From the NCBI RefSeq assembly GCF_011745625.1, contig NW_027191501.1:62001-110769 (forward strand): a stretch of DNA of 48,769 nucleotides, given 5' to 3'. The notes beneath the pieces were generated by a model, which did not search any database, had not been told where the DNA came from, and saw nothing but the letters and a program-made list of their open reading frames with translations. The DNA comes from Cladosporium halotolerans (taxonomy: Eukaryota). A program made the translations under genes and the position numbers. This document shows positions 29,508-41,378 of this stretch, in pieces (within the stretch, counting starts at the first letter, position 1; each line of letters opens with the position of its first letter).

Positions 29508-32432
29508 ATGGCAACCGCCGCCGTCCAACAAGGCGCCTTCGCGCCCGTCTTGTCCGCACTGGCGACTATGCAGTCGAATGCGGACCGGGCGCAGAAGGGA
29601 GAGGCGCATCACTTCCTAGAACAATTCCAGAAATCATCCGAGGCATGGTCCTCGAGCTTCGAGATCCTGCAGGCTCCGAGTTCGGACGATCAAGCCAAGC
29701 TGTTTGCTGCGACAACACTGAAGGGCAAGATCGTCTTCGATTTCTACCAGCTACCGCGCGAGGCCCTCCCGCAACTACGAGACTCGATCATCTCACTCCT
29801 GGGATCATATGCCAAAGGCCCGAAGCCAATCAGGACACAACTATGTGTTTGTTTGGCCAATGTTGCGATTCAAATGCTGGAGTGGAAGGACGTGCTGCAA
29901 ACGGTGGTCTCGGCTTTGGGAAGCGATCCGAACAGCATCGCATGCGTGTTGGAGTTTATCCATGTTCTGCCGGAAGAGGTGACACAGGGACGGAAGATCA
30001 ATTTGGCGGAGGATGAGTTGCAGACTCGGACACAAGAGCTGCTGGAGGATAATGCACAGCAGGTGCTGCAGCTGCTAGGGCAATATGCTGGCTCTTCGGA
30101 GACAGCGTCGAAAGACCCGCTGCTCATGTCTTGCATTACATCGTGGGTCGCGGAGGTGCAGGTCAACGACGTGGTCAACTCCCCGTTGATGGATGTGATC
30201 ATGAACGCGCTGCAGGCAGACACCTCGTTCGACGAGGCTGTAGAGACAATGTGTGCGATCTTCAGGGAGACCAGGGAGGTTGACGAGACACTTTCTACGA
30301 TAAAGTCACTATACCCCAGACTGGCCGCCCTTCAGCCCAGGATTAAGGTGTGCGCAGAGGAGGAGGACTGGGACACTTTCAAGGGCATTACCCGTGTGTT
30401 TGCGGAGGCAGGAGAGGCGTGGGTGGTATTGATTGCGAGAGAGCCTGCACAGTTCCGTCCTCTCGTCGAATCTGTTCTGGAGTGTTGTGCACGCGACCAG
30501 GAGCGTGACGCCCTCTCACAGACTTTCAACTTCTGGTACGAGGTCAAACAGTACATCACTCTGGAGAGATATATGGATGCGCGCCTGCAATTCGTCGACG
30601 TTTACAGCAAGCTCGTGGATGTCATGATCGGTCACCTGGAGTTCCCCACCCCGGAATCTGGCAACGACACGGACCTCTTTGACGGCGACAGAGAGGCGGA
30701 GGACAAGTTTAGAGAATTCAGGCATGCTATGGGTGATGTGCTCAAGGATTGCTGCGAGGTCATTGGTGTGTCACAGTGCCTTGAGAAGAGCTACGTCCTC
30801 ATCGAGCAGTGGGTTAGCAAGCACGGCTCGCAAGCGCAGCAGGGCAAGGTGCCAGAGTGGCAAAAGCTGGAAGCACCACTTTTCAGCATGCGCGCCATGG
30901 GCCGCATGGTCTCAAAGGAGGAGAGCATCATGCTGCCCAGATTGATCCCTTTGATCGTGCAAATTCCCAACCAGGAGAAGGTCCGCTTCCAGGCTGTCAT
31001 GGCGCTAGGCCGCTACACCGAGTGGACAAGCGAACACCCGGAGACCATGCAGGACCAGCTTAAGTTCATCATGGATGCCTTCCGCCACCCCAGCAAGGAG
31101 GTTGTCAAGGCCGCTGCCTTGAGCTTCAAATTCTTCTGCTCCGATTGCGCGTCGCTGCTCAAGGAGCACATTGCACAAATCCAGCAATTTTATGAGGAAA
31201 TTCTTGACAACCTGCCGCCCACAAGCCAGGATGAGGTGACCGAAGGTGTTGCAGCTGTGCTCGCAAAGCAGCCCCTGGACAGCCTGTATCAAAGCTTCAA
31301 GCTGTGTTGCGATCCAGTTGTCAAGCGTCTGATGGCTATGGCAGAGGTTGCGAACGACAAAGATTCTCAGCTGGCTGTTGCAGATCGCCTCAACCTCGTT
31401 ACGATCTTCATCCAATTGGTGACACCTTACGTCGAGCCTTCGCAGGCCCACCCTGCGGTGAAATACTGCGAGGAAATCTTCCCCGTCCTTGCCATCATCG
31501 CGGAGCGCTTCATCAGTTTCGTACCGATCATCGAGCGGGTATGCCGCTGCTGGCGCTACATGATCCTATCTTACCGCACCCACACGGCGCCTCTTCTGCC
31601 ACAATTTGCAGACAAGCTGGCTGCCGGCTTTACTGCCAGCCGACAGGGTTGCTTCCTCTGGGCCACTGACAGCCTTGTGCGCGAGTTCTCTGATGTGAAT
31701 GCCAATGTCTCTCAAGCGACTGTCGACGCGATCTACACATTCTACGAGCAACAGGCCACAAGCTTCCTCCGCCAACTGAACGACTTGCCGCCCGAGGAGC
31801 TTCCTGACGTGATTGAGGATTTCTTCCGCCTCTCCACTGACGTCCTCCTCTACCACTCGAACAAGCTTCTTCTTTCCTCTCTAATCGCTCCCATTCTTTC
31901 AGCAGCATCCACATCTCTCACGCTGCTGAAAGAGGAGCCCCTCATCGCCACTCTTCACTTCCTGCGCGACTTCCTCGCATATGGCAACGAAGATGCGCCT
32001 TCTTCATCTTTCGACCAAGACGGCCAGTACCGCCTCCAGACTAACCCACCGGAGATCCAACAGGCCGTCAAGAAGCTCGCTCTTCACGAGGGCGAGAACG
32101 TCGTCAAACGCTGCATGACTGGCCTGATGTACTCATTCCCTGCAGACTGCTTCCCAGATGCTAGCGGTGTCTTGCTCGCTCTCTTCCAGCTTATGCCCGA
32201 GCAAACCGCGCAATGGGTTGAGGCCACCATCAACTTGCTGCCGCCTGGCACTGTCTCGGACCAAGAAAAGAATCGTCTGGGCCGTAACATCGGCCAGAGG
32301 CTGCAGAGCGGCGAGATCAGGAAGATTAGGAGCCTCCTGCAGGACTTTACCAACGCGTACAGGCGCAGGAATGTCGCCCCTCGTGAGGGTTTGGGAAGAC
32401 TTGAGGCTTCTAAGTTCAAGTTTGCGGGTTAG
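29508..32432 (+). CDS. MTR10: Importin-beta family transportin-SR / Mtr10 (intronless)
   Basis: AHHFLEQFQKS, LFAATTLKGKI, PIRTQLCVCLA, FREFRHAMGDVLKDCC, LEAPLFSMRAMG and C-terminal LQDFTNAYRRRNVAPR. Confidence 0.95.
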   Translation: MATAAVQQGAFAPVLSALATMQSNADRAQKGEAHHFLEQFQKSSEAWSSSFEILQAPSSDDQAKLFAATTLKGKIVFDFYQLPREALPQLRDSIISLLGSYAKGPKPIRTQLCVCLANVAIQMLEWKDVLQTVVSALGSDPNSIACVLEFIHVLPEEVTQGRKINLAEDELQTRTQELLEDNAQQVLQLLGQYAGSSETASKDPLLMSCITSWVAEVQVNDVVNSPLMDVIMNALQADTSFDEAVETMCAIFRETREVDETLSTIKSLYPRLAALQPRIKVCAEEEDWDTFKGITRVFAEAGEAWVVLIAREPAQFRPLVESVLECCARDQERDALSQTFNFWYEVKQYITLERYMDARLQFVDVYSKLVDVMIGHLEFPTPESGNDTDLFDGDREAEDKFREFRHAMGDVLKDCCEVIGVSQCLEKSYVLIEQWVSKHGSQAQQGKVPEWQKLEAPLFSMRAMGRMVSKEESIMLPRLIPLIVQIPNQEKVRFQAVMALGRYTEWTSEHPETMQDQLKFIMDAFRHPSKEVVKAAALSFKFFCSDCASLLKEHIAQIQQFYEEILDNLPPTSQDEVTEGVAAVLAKQPLDSLYQSFKLCCDPVVKRLMAMAEVANDKDSQLAVADRLNLVTIFIQLVTPYVEPSQAHPAVKYCEEIFPVLAIIAERFISFVPIIERVCRCWRYMILSYRTHTAPLLPQFADKLAAGFTASRQGCFLWATDSLVREFSDVNANVSQATVDAIYTFYEQQATSFLRQLNDLPPEELPDVIEDFFRLSTDVLLYHSNKLLLSSLIAPILSAASTSLTLLKEEPLIATLHFLRDFLAYGNEDAPSSSFDQDGQYRLQTNPPEIQQAVKKLALHEGENVVKRCMTGLMYSFPADCFPDASGVLLALFQLMPEQTAQWVEATINLLPPGTVSDQEKNRLGRNIGQRLQSGEIRKIRSLLQDFTNAYRRRNVAPREGLGRLEASKFKFAG

Positions 32433-33019
32433 GTTGGTTCATGGGAATGTGGCATTGTGTTTGCAGAAGCGTCGGAGTTGGGCGGTGGGATTGCTAGGCA
32501 CTCGAGGTAGAGAATCACGAAGAGCATTTTGAGTTTCAAAAGATTTGCGGATGGCCTATACGCAGTCCGCAAGTTCGGCATCATGGGAGGAATACCACGG
32601 ATACATACATTTTCATGAAGGAGCTAGATGTTGCAGGAGTCGGCACGACGGGCTGTCATTGGCTGATGAGCATGACTGCTGTGAACATATCACGAGGCTG
32701 CTCGCGCAATCCATCACTACAGAGATCAATACTAAGGAATTTCACTTCCTATCAGTCGACATATCTCCTTGACTACTGTGCCGTAAATTGATCATTCGCA
32801 TTTGCGAGGCAAACGGGGAGCTGTATAGACGCTTCCAGAAGCCAGCCCTCGCTTACTTAGCAAGCATTCCACCTCCACCTGCAAGCTCAGGCTCAGCCCC
32901 ATTCACTCCACCTCACCTTCCAACCCCAGACAAGATATTGCCGTTTTGCCACAACGGAACAAATATCCCTCGTAATCCGTCTCTGCATTCGGCGGATTTT
33001 AAGAAGATCATTCCGTTAA

Positions 33020-34148
33020 ATGGCGCACCTGGCCGACGCTCTCAAAGAGCAAGGCAACAAGGCGTTCAAGAACGGCGATTTCCTCGAGGCTGAGGACTTC
33101 TACACGCAAGCGGTCCAGAAGTTCTCTCGCAATCCGCTGCTATTCACTAATAGAGCGAATGCCCGGCTGAAGCTGCAGCGCTGGGAGGGCGCGGTTAATG
33201 ACTGCTTGAAGAGTCTGGAGATTTCGGGCAAGGCGCAGAATCACAAGGCCTATTACTTTTTGGGTGAGTGTGCGAATACTACGTACATCCAACCATCGAT
33301 GTATCGGTCTTTGAAAGGTCACGTGTGAGAGCTGCAAGAATTTCAGAAGAATGCTCCAAGATCGAGGTGGTCCGAACTGGTGGCAAAGCGCACGACGATT
33401 CACTCGACGGCTGTCGCTGCACCAAAACACAGTCTTGCTGACCTAATTGATCAGCTCAAGCGCAGCTATCATTGCACCATCCGAACGAAGCACTATCGTC
33501 AGCCCTGACAGCCTACGAACAAGTCCGCAACCCAGCACCTACCACCAAAACCTCTCCGAAAGACCTAGAGACTTTCTCAGCATTCGTCCTCAAGTGCAAG
33601 AAAGCCAAGTTCGCCGTCCGAGACCGTGAGCGCCTACGTCGGCAAGGCGACCTGCGCGCCGAGTTCGAGAACACGCTCGAGCTGAACAAGCAGCGCGATC
33701 TCGACGAGGTGTCGCGCGACTTGCAGGCCGGCGACCTCGGGCAGGTCGAAGCGTACGAGCGCAACCAGGAGATCTTGACGAACTTCGAAAACAAGCGGGC
33801 AGAGCTCTTGACCGTGTTCGCTCTTGCGGATCCGTCTCACCACAAGCCGAGAGAGATTCCAGACCACCTCGTCGACATGGTATGTATCGACGTTCGACGT
33901 CCCGTCGAGAAAGCCCACTAAACAAACCCAATCAGATTACATTTGAGCCCATGCATGACCCCGTAATGACCATCAACGGGCACTCGTACGAGCGCAGCAC
34001 CATCTACGAGCACCTAAAGCGAAGCAAAACCGACCCACTGACAAGAGAACCACTCACGATAGACGACCTGCGCCCGAACTTTGGGCTCAAAGCGGCCTGC
34101 GACGAGTTCTGGGACAGCGGCGCGAGCGACTGGATCATCGATTGGTAG
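33020..34148 (+). CDS. CHIP/STUB1-like TPR + U-box E3 ubiquitin ligase; introns 33264-33454, 33880-33935
   Basis: TPR ADALKEQGNKAFK..FTNRANARLKL..KAYYFL|AQAQLSL; U-box IPDHLVDM|ITFEPMHDPVMTINGHSYERSTIYEHLKRSKTDPLTREPL..LRPNFGLK. Confidence 0.93.
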
Positions 34149-34339
34149 TGCTAATCTCCCCTTTTCTTTGCATTGATCCCGGCATAGGTATATTTTCCGA
34201 GCGTTCGCACATGCATGATACCCAGCTCGTTCTTGGACCGGAAGGTCAGAGAGAGTGAAGCGTGCAACTGTGTTAATTCAAAGTCAGATTCGGCGTACAG
34301 TCATAACATCACATCAGCATTGTCAGTCGCACACATTCC

Positions 34340-36230
34340 CTAGACAGTCTCTTTCACTTCCTTCTGCTCAACTCCCCCATCGCTCGACGCTCCATCCTTC
34401 TTCTCCGCCTCAGCGCCACCAGCAACCTCAGCCTCCCGCTCAACATCCAACGTCGCGCCGTTCTTCCTGACCCTGCGCTCGGTCCAGACAGGGTTCTCGC
34501 CCTTATCGTAGGCTTCGGCGAAGATGGCGTCGAGCTTCTCCAGCTTGTAGCCATTCGTCTCGGGGAAGAACCAGAAGACGATGGGCACGTGGGCCGCGTT
34601 GAAGCAAAAAAAGACCAAGTAGACTTTCCAGGAGATGGTGTTTATCATGATGGGAGCCAGTTGCACGACTGCCTGTGAGGTTGTTAGTCGATATGATCGA
34701 GGACGAGGCTGGGGCGAGGGCGGGGCTTGCATAGTTGAAGAGCCTGTGAGAATCGTTAGCGGGATGCTCGATCAAAGTGAGAGTGAAGGGTGATTTACCA
34801 GTTGGAGCTGGTGCTGAATCCATTCGCCTCTGCGCGAACGCGGATCGGTGTGACTTCCGCAGGGTATAGCCAAGTCGTTCCGAGCCAGCCCATAGCGAAG
34901 AAGCTGTTGTACAGAAAGATAAACGCCGTGGCCGCATAGGCCGGCGTGCGGTTGCCGTTCTCCGCATAAGAGAGACACGCCCCGATGATCGCGAGACAGC
35001 CGGCCATGCCGGCAGCTCCCCAGATCATGAGGCGTCGGCGGCCGAGTTTGTCGACAATGAAGAGTGCAATGAGGGCTGCCGCGAAATATTCGGTCCCGAG
35101 CCATCCTGTCATGAAGCGCGATAGTGCGGGATCAAATCCGAGAGAATCTTCGAAGACAGTGGTGGCGTAGTACGTCACTAAGTTGATGCCTGATAGAAGT
35201 CAGAATGGCAGGTGTAAACCGGTATCACAGAGTCATTCACCTCCAATCTGCTGCATAGCTTGGCAGCCGCAAGCGATAGAGACGCGCCATCTATTCATGG
35301 CACGATCCTTGCTCAAAAATTCTTTCATGGTAAGCTTCTGGCCCTGAGTGACAGAGTTGAGCTTGTTGATCTCATCGATGTCGTTGCGGATGTTCTCGTC
35401 TTCGGGATGCGTGTCGTGGAGGTTTGCCATGATTTCCGCGGCGACGTCGGTCTTCCCATGTTTCAACAGCCATCGAGGAGATTCCGGGAATAGCAGGATG
35501 CCGAAGATGAGGAGGAAGCCGAACACAGCCTGGAACGCGATTGGGAATCTGCCAATGCATTAGACGGTGGCTTCTTCCTTTCTGAGAACTGACGACGTAC
35601 CGCCATTGGAACGAATCGTATTGCGTCACAAACCAGAAGCCGTAATTGATCCAGTACGACAGCATGACACCGCCCGTGATCAAAGCGCCCTCGAAGAGCA
35701 CCAAGAAACCCCTGATCTTCGGTGGCGCGATCTCGGATTGCCAGACTGGAATCGAGCTGGTGTTCATGCCATTTCCCGCGCCAGTCACTATGCGACCAAC
35801 GATCAGCTGTGCGAGTGTGAAAGACGAAGTCTGAATAGCAGCTCCGATGAGCATGATCAAGGTTCCAATCAGCACTGCTCTTCTTCGTCCGAGTTTGTCG
35901 CCGTAGCCAACGAAGACGAGCGACCCCATCAAGCAGCCGATTTCGTAGATGGCGACGACCAGTGCTTGGATGGCGCCGGACTTGTTCATGGGCTCCATTT
36001 GTGGGAATTGTTGCAGGAACATCGGCTCCGTGATGATGCCGCTCATGACACCCTCTGTCAATATGGAACTCGAGTCAGTGACACATCTCTCGATCAGATG
36101 CCAGCGTCTTGCAACACATACGGTCATAGCCAAAGAGCAAGAAGCCGCTGGCGGCCGTCGTACAGACGCCGATTTGCAAGTTCTTCCCGCCGATCTTCCC
36201 GCCGAGCAAGCCTTTGTGTGTGAATGCCAT
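34340..36230 (-). CDS. MFS sugar porter (Stl1-like); introns 36055-36121, 35549-35600, 35190-35240, 34744-34798, 34673-34730 (GC-AG)
   Basis: LFGYDQGVMSG, DKLGRR, PVWQSE, WRFPIAFQ, PESPRWL, QQIGGINLVTYY, WLYPAE, NWLFNYAVVQ and FPETNG after manual splicing. Confidence 0.93.
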
Positions 36231-36963
36231 CATGTATGCGTGCGTAGCGGTCAGACTGGCTGAAATTGAAGGAAACGGAAGGTATGCGGTGAGAGTCACC
36301 GCAGGGCGTAGTTTAGTCACTCGACCTACCTCACTTCTGCACACATCAGACAGCACATCATCTACGAGCTTATTGCCCGCCGGACGATCACAGAAACTCT
36401 CGACGATGCGTTACGTGCCGGACGGAAGGGGCTCCTCGCTGGCACAAGAGTAGGCCAAGAGCGCATATCACTAGAGCTAAGCTCGTCAGATCTGGGGGAT
36501 TAAGCATTTTGATGATGTCGGATGCGGAGGCGGAGACAGGTTGATATACGCAATGGCTGCAGATCAGTCGTGCTGTAAAAGGGCGTCCCTGGCTCATTTT
36601 ATGTCTCGAATGACGATCCCGGATCATGCGGCGCAATACTTGCGATGAAAACGGTGCAAGATCGTCGCAGAGCCGCGAGTTTCAACTCGAAGCTGTGAGC
36701 CAGCCGAAAGAGCCACAATCATCTCTCGGTGAGGGATCGGATTTCCCAATTATAATCGTATCGGATCTTGAGTGCTTAGACTTACTCAACTCCAAAGCGG
36801 ATAGGCACAAAGCCGTCTTTGCGAAAGACAAGGGTGTGCGTGTCCGCGCATGCGAGCCACGATATGGCCGACACCTCTTACGCACATCGAGAGCCTGTAT
36901 TGAGAGCGTGTAAACCAGAGACAAAAAGGTAAAGATAATACATTCCCAAACAGAGCAAAAATG

Positions 36964-37065
36964 TCTCCCCTCACGGGATCGAACCATGGACCTCAAGATT
37001 TCGATGTTCAATTGCTGAACCCCTGCAGTTACAGTCTTGCGCTCTTCCAGCTGAGCTAAGGAGAG
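36964..37065 (-). tRNA. tRNA-Tyr (GTA) with 29-nt intron (37000-37028)
   Basis: CTCTCCT/AGGGGAG acceptor stem with discriminator A, GCTCAGCTGGAAGAGC D-arm, CAAGA-CT-GTA-A[intron]A-TCTTG, CATGG-TTCGATC-CCGTG T-arm, TTTT terminator. Confidence 0.96.
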
Positions 37066-38172
37066 TGTACCAGCTGTGCTGGTCTTAGCTTTGGATGACG
37101 GAGAGCAAGAGCGGGGGATTATGTAGCTTTGCAAATGCGTGGGATCATCCTAAGTGTGAGGAAATGATAGGTGATGGCTCCTGGCCCAAGAAGAGCCGCT
37201 TGTGGCAAAGGCATTTCAGGCGAGTTCCGATATCGCTGATGGCCGGGCTTGGCAGGCATCGCTGCTTGGGTGCTCAGAAGCCTTTTCAGTCCAGCGCGAA
37301 GGCAGCCGTGGCGGCATCTCATGTTGGCACCAACGCGCCCAGAACATCTTCGGTCTCTAGCAACAGCGAGACCGCAGGCTGCTCGTCTTCAACAAACGAT
37401 GCAGACCAGCCACCGCGCCTGCGCTCCGTATGCATGGATCCAGACCTGATCGGCGGCAGGGTGTCCCGCAATCAGTCAGCCACCGCGCCCGCATTCGCTT
37501 GCTTGCTCACAGAACCGTGTCGCACTGGAATATCGTACGTTGAAACGAGTCGAGCAGGTACAGACCTGTTGCAAAGAGTCCAATGCCATCAAAGGAAAAA
37601 ATGAAGACATGGTTGTCGATCAAGCACAGCAGGGGAGCGAACATGTCGCGGTGAACTTCAACGCGATCGATCGGCCTTTGAGCGCGTCGGACGCGTGACG
37701 TCATCGTTTGAGTCGCGTTTCGGACGAGAGGTACGCCAGATGGTGAAGGTACCTAGGTCTGGGAGCATTGGAATCCGGCTGCTTCAAATGCATTCCAGGG
37801 TCAATCAATGGATGAGACTTCTTTACGATGTCGACTTGAGTATCAATTTTCACGTCCGTTGTCAGAGTGGGGACAAAGTCTGAAAGAACATCCAGTAGAA
37901 TGAGCATTGCAATCAAAAAAGCCTCAAGAGTTCTTTTATATGTGTGTAACCGTCCGATGATCCCACAAACCCCAAGCAGCCCAAATCCCGGGGGAGGAAA
38001 GTCCTCGTCCTTGTCATTATCAGTGAAAGTCGAGAGCATGATGCGGTACTGTCTGCCCAGCATCCCAGTCCCAAGTCGTCGCAACGACGACCAAGACAAA
38101 TTCACCCATCCCATGAGTGTCCCTGTATACCCCAGATCTAGCCGCAAAGAAAAGACAACCAGGCTCAGCATC

Positions 38173-40260
38173 TCACGTCGAAACGCTTCCCCCCTCCCCC
38201 CCAGCAGCAGTAGCAGCAACAGCACTCCACCGCCCCTGCCACACCCTGATGCCCCTCGTGAGCTCCTCCGCCAACTCCATCGCGTCGCCGTCCTCGGGCG
38301 GCGTGCGCTCGCTGCCCAGCCGCGCCCGGTCCGTCGCGACGTCGAGCTGCGCGCGCTGGATGAAAGCCATCATGACGTCCAGGTTGCGCGCCATGTTGGG
38401 GATCGTGCGCTCGGCGGGCTCGAGAGGCGCGGCCTTGGCGCCGTTGGGCGCGTTCTTCTTGCCCTTGCCCCAGCGGCCGGGGCCCTTGGAGTTGCCGTTG
38501 GGGGCGGGGGCGGCGTCGGGCGTGGAAGTGCTGTCGCCGTTTGCGGCGGCGGCGGAGGCGGCGTGCTCGTCGCCGCTGCTGGTGTGGCTGTTGTTGGCGC
38601 GCTTTTTGCTGTGCGGGCTGGAGGCGGCGGCGGAGGTGGGGGCCTCGCCGCGGTGCTTGGTGTATTGGTTGTTGCCTAGGCGCTTGACTTTGCGGCCGGC
38701 GCCTTTTTTGTGGGAGACCTTCTCTTGTGTTGCGGGCGGGGGGCTTTCGGGTTGTGAGGAGGGGGGTGGGGAGGTTTGCGAGGTAGGGTTGGGCTTGGGT
38801 GTTTCTTCTGGTTCGTCTGGGAGCTGTCAGCTGCGGTTTCTTTGGCGATGCAAGCGGAGGATAGCTAGCCTTACCATCTTGTCTTCTTCGCCCTGCTCTC
38901 GCTTGCCGGCGCCCAGCGGCTTCAGCTCGAGCTCTTTCACGTTCGGTTTCCCTTTCTCGCTGTTCGGACTGTCGAGCGGTCATAGCAGCCTCGGCCTTCG
39001 CTTTCTTAGAGCGACCATTGGAGGTGCTTCCGTCGACTTCTTCATCCGACTCGTCCTCATTTGTAGCATTCCGTGAAACTGACGGGCGAGATTCCGATAC
39101 CCGTCTCGGGCGCTTGGTGTCTTGCTTGGTACTGGAAAGCTGTCAGTGCCCGCATTACAATCCAGTTCACTCGAAGAACCACTCACTCCTCACTGCTATC
39201 GTCACGACTCCTCTTGCCGCCACGTCTGCCAGCTTCGCGAGCGCTCTCCTCAATCGCGCGCTGTATTTGCTCGTTTTCCTCGTCATGCTCTCTGCTTCGC
39301 ATTGTGCCTCTGCGCTTGCCGGAAACCGGATCTATGCTTGTTCTAGGAATTTCCATTCGCTCTTTCTTAGCTTTCTCATCGCTCTTGCTGCCGAAGCTCG
39401 CTCGGCGGAGCTTTGATGTTACGGGGAGGTAGAGGGAGTATCGTTGTCTGTCCAATGCCTGTTTAGCAGCTGCTCGCTCGGTGGATCCGGTGTGGTAGCG
39501 CGCCATGGTGGGAGGTATGTTGGTGTGCATGTGTGTGGATGGCAGCAATCGTGAAGTCGTCACGACCTCATAGCATGCCAATTCACCACGGTGACGGGTA
39601 CACTCGCCCACGCAAGGCTCAATGGCTCAGTCATAGGACAAGCTCTGACTGTCACCTGGTTGACAAAAGCCGTCACCAGCCAGCGCAGACAGCCCCATAA
39701 CGTGCCGTGAGAGGCGCTCTGTGCAGACAAGACGTAGTTCTCAGGAAAAGCTCGACGTACCCTCTGGAATCAATGTGCACCTCGTGCTGCTTCGGCCGAC
39801 ACTCCTCGCAGTAATACTTATCCGGGCTCTGCGCCTCGTCGAAGATGCCCACGCAGCCGCCGTGCTGCCACACGCTGCAGCCGTCGCACTGGATGAAGAG
39901 GCCGCCCGCGTCGTCGTTCTGGGCCTCCGAAGCCCCGTACGCCTCGCTGAGCGGCGGACCGGGATATTCTTGCTGTCCGCAGAGACACCGCGTCACCTCC
40001 TCTTCGTCCTCAGCGGCCTCTTCGTCTGCCTCTTGCGCGGCGCTGAGCACTTCGGGCTCGGCGGCGGGGTGGGCGCGCTTGCTGCGGCGCGGCGGCTCGC
40101 TCATCTCTTCGCTCGAGCGCGACTGGGGAGTTGCTGATTTCGGGTGGCTGATGCTGCCGCGGGTGCTGCGGTCTCGGCGCGCCGAGGGGACGGAGGAGGA
40201 GGAGGTCGTCGAGACGGGCGGTTGGGCTGCGCGGGCGGACCGGCGGGCGGGCGAAGGCAT
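38173..40260 (-). CDS. CTI6: PHD-finger protein, Cti6-like (Rpd3L-associated); introns 39448-39760, 39132-39186, 38817-38874
   Basis: VTRCLCG..YPGPP...FIQCDGCSVWQHGGCVG..YYCEECRP, RRGTMRSR..EQIQRAIEES, LGNNQYTK and a C-terminal MMAFIQRAQLD..LAEELTRGI..WQ. All splices are canonical and in frame. Confidence 0.85.
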
Positions 40261-41378
40261 TGCAATGCCCTGGCGAGCTCTGGTGCGTCTATCGCAGACG
40301 GCAGGCTCGCGGGAGGCTGGCCTGCACCGTCAATAGCAGACGGGATCAGTGGGAGCAGGCGGTGCACTGCGACCGGCGTCTGGGTTCAGGCGGCGGAGGC
40401 AGTGGCAGGCAAGCTCTGAGATCCGGCGAAAAAGAGGACGAGACGTTCAAAACGCCAATGGTGCTGGAAGGGAAGCAGTGTGCAGTGCAGACGCCGGGGA
40501 ACTGAAGGGTGGGAGAGTGGTGGGCGGAGGGTGAGAGAGGAGGGCAGCGCAGCGGTGCAGATCGCGGCCATGTGCTAATTCACCTGCGAGCAGAGCAGAG
40601 CAGCGCAGGCGCAGAGAGCGGGCGCGACTAAAGCCGATGCAGGTGTGCCGCCGGGGCCGCCGCTGCTGATTGGCTGCGCTGCTGGCCGGCTGCTGGAATG
40701 CGATGCGGTGCGTGGCGTGCGCGCATTTGCGAGGAGCGCTGCATGGTGTGTGGCAGAGATGAGTGTAAAAGAACAGAAGAAGCGTCTACTTGCCTTCCTG
40801 CAGGTGCAGTGGTTGTGGGAAAAGAGAAGGCTCACGGTGGGCGGTGTTGACGCTCGCAGCAGGCGGTGGAGGTGGGCGGGCGCGAGGAGAGGGCGAAATT
40901 GCAGGCCGGCCGACTCAACCCAGCAGAGGGTGAGAGGGAGGGGCAGAGTCTCGTGAGGAGAAGGGCGTGACTGCTGCTGCATGCGCCGGCAAATGTGATA
41001 TAGCAACAACCGTCCGACCGTCTGTCGCGTGCATGAGTCCTCGAAGGAGAACATCGCACGACAAAGTGCGATGTATCTGGCAACTGGGTGGCTCTCGTTG
41101 GGCGGCAGTCCGCTTCCAGACACGGCCGGACAGTCCAAGGTGTCTGCTTCGCTGCTTCGATCATCGTCATCGCCTCCGACGCTGCTCTCAGCCTTGCGGC
41201 CTTGCAGCCTCGCCCGCTGTCGCCGATCAGCCCGCGCAACTCCGGCCGTGTCACCTGACGACGTCTAATATGTTACAGCCGAGACAACAATATACGGACA
41301 CGCGACAAAGTCAAAGAGATACATTCCCATATGTGCATAAGATCCTACACGCCCAACGCAAGCCAATCAGTCACCCCA

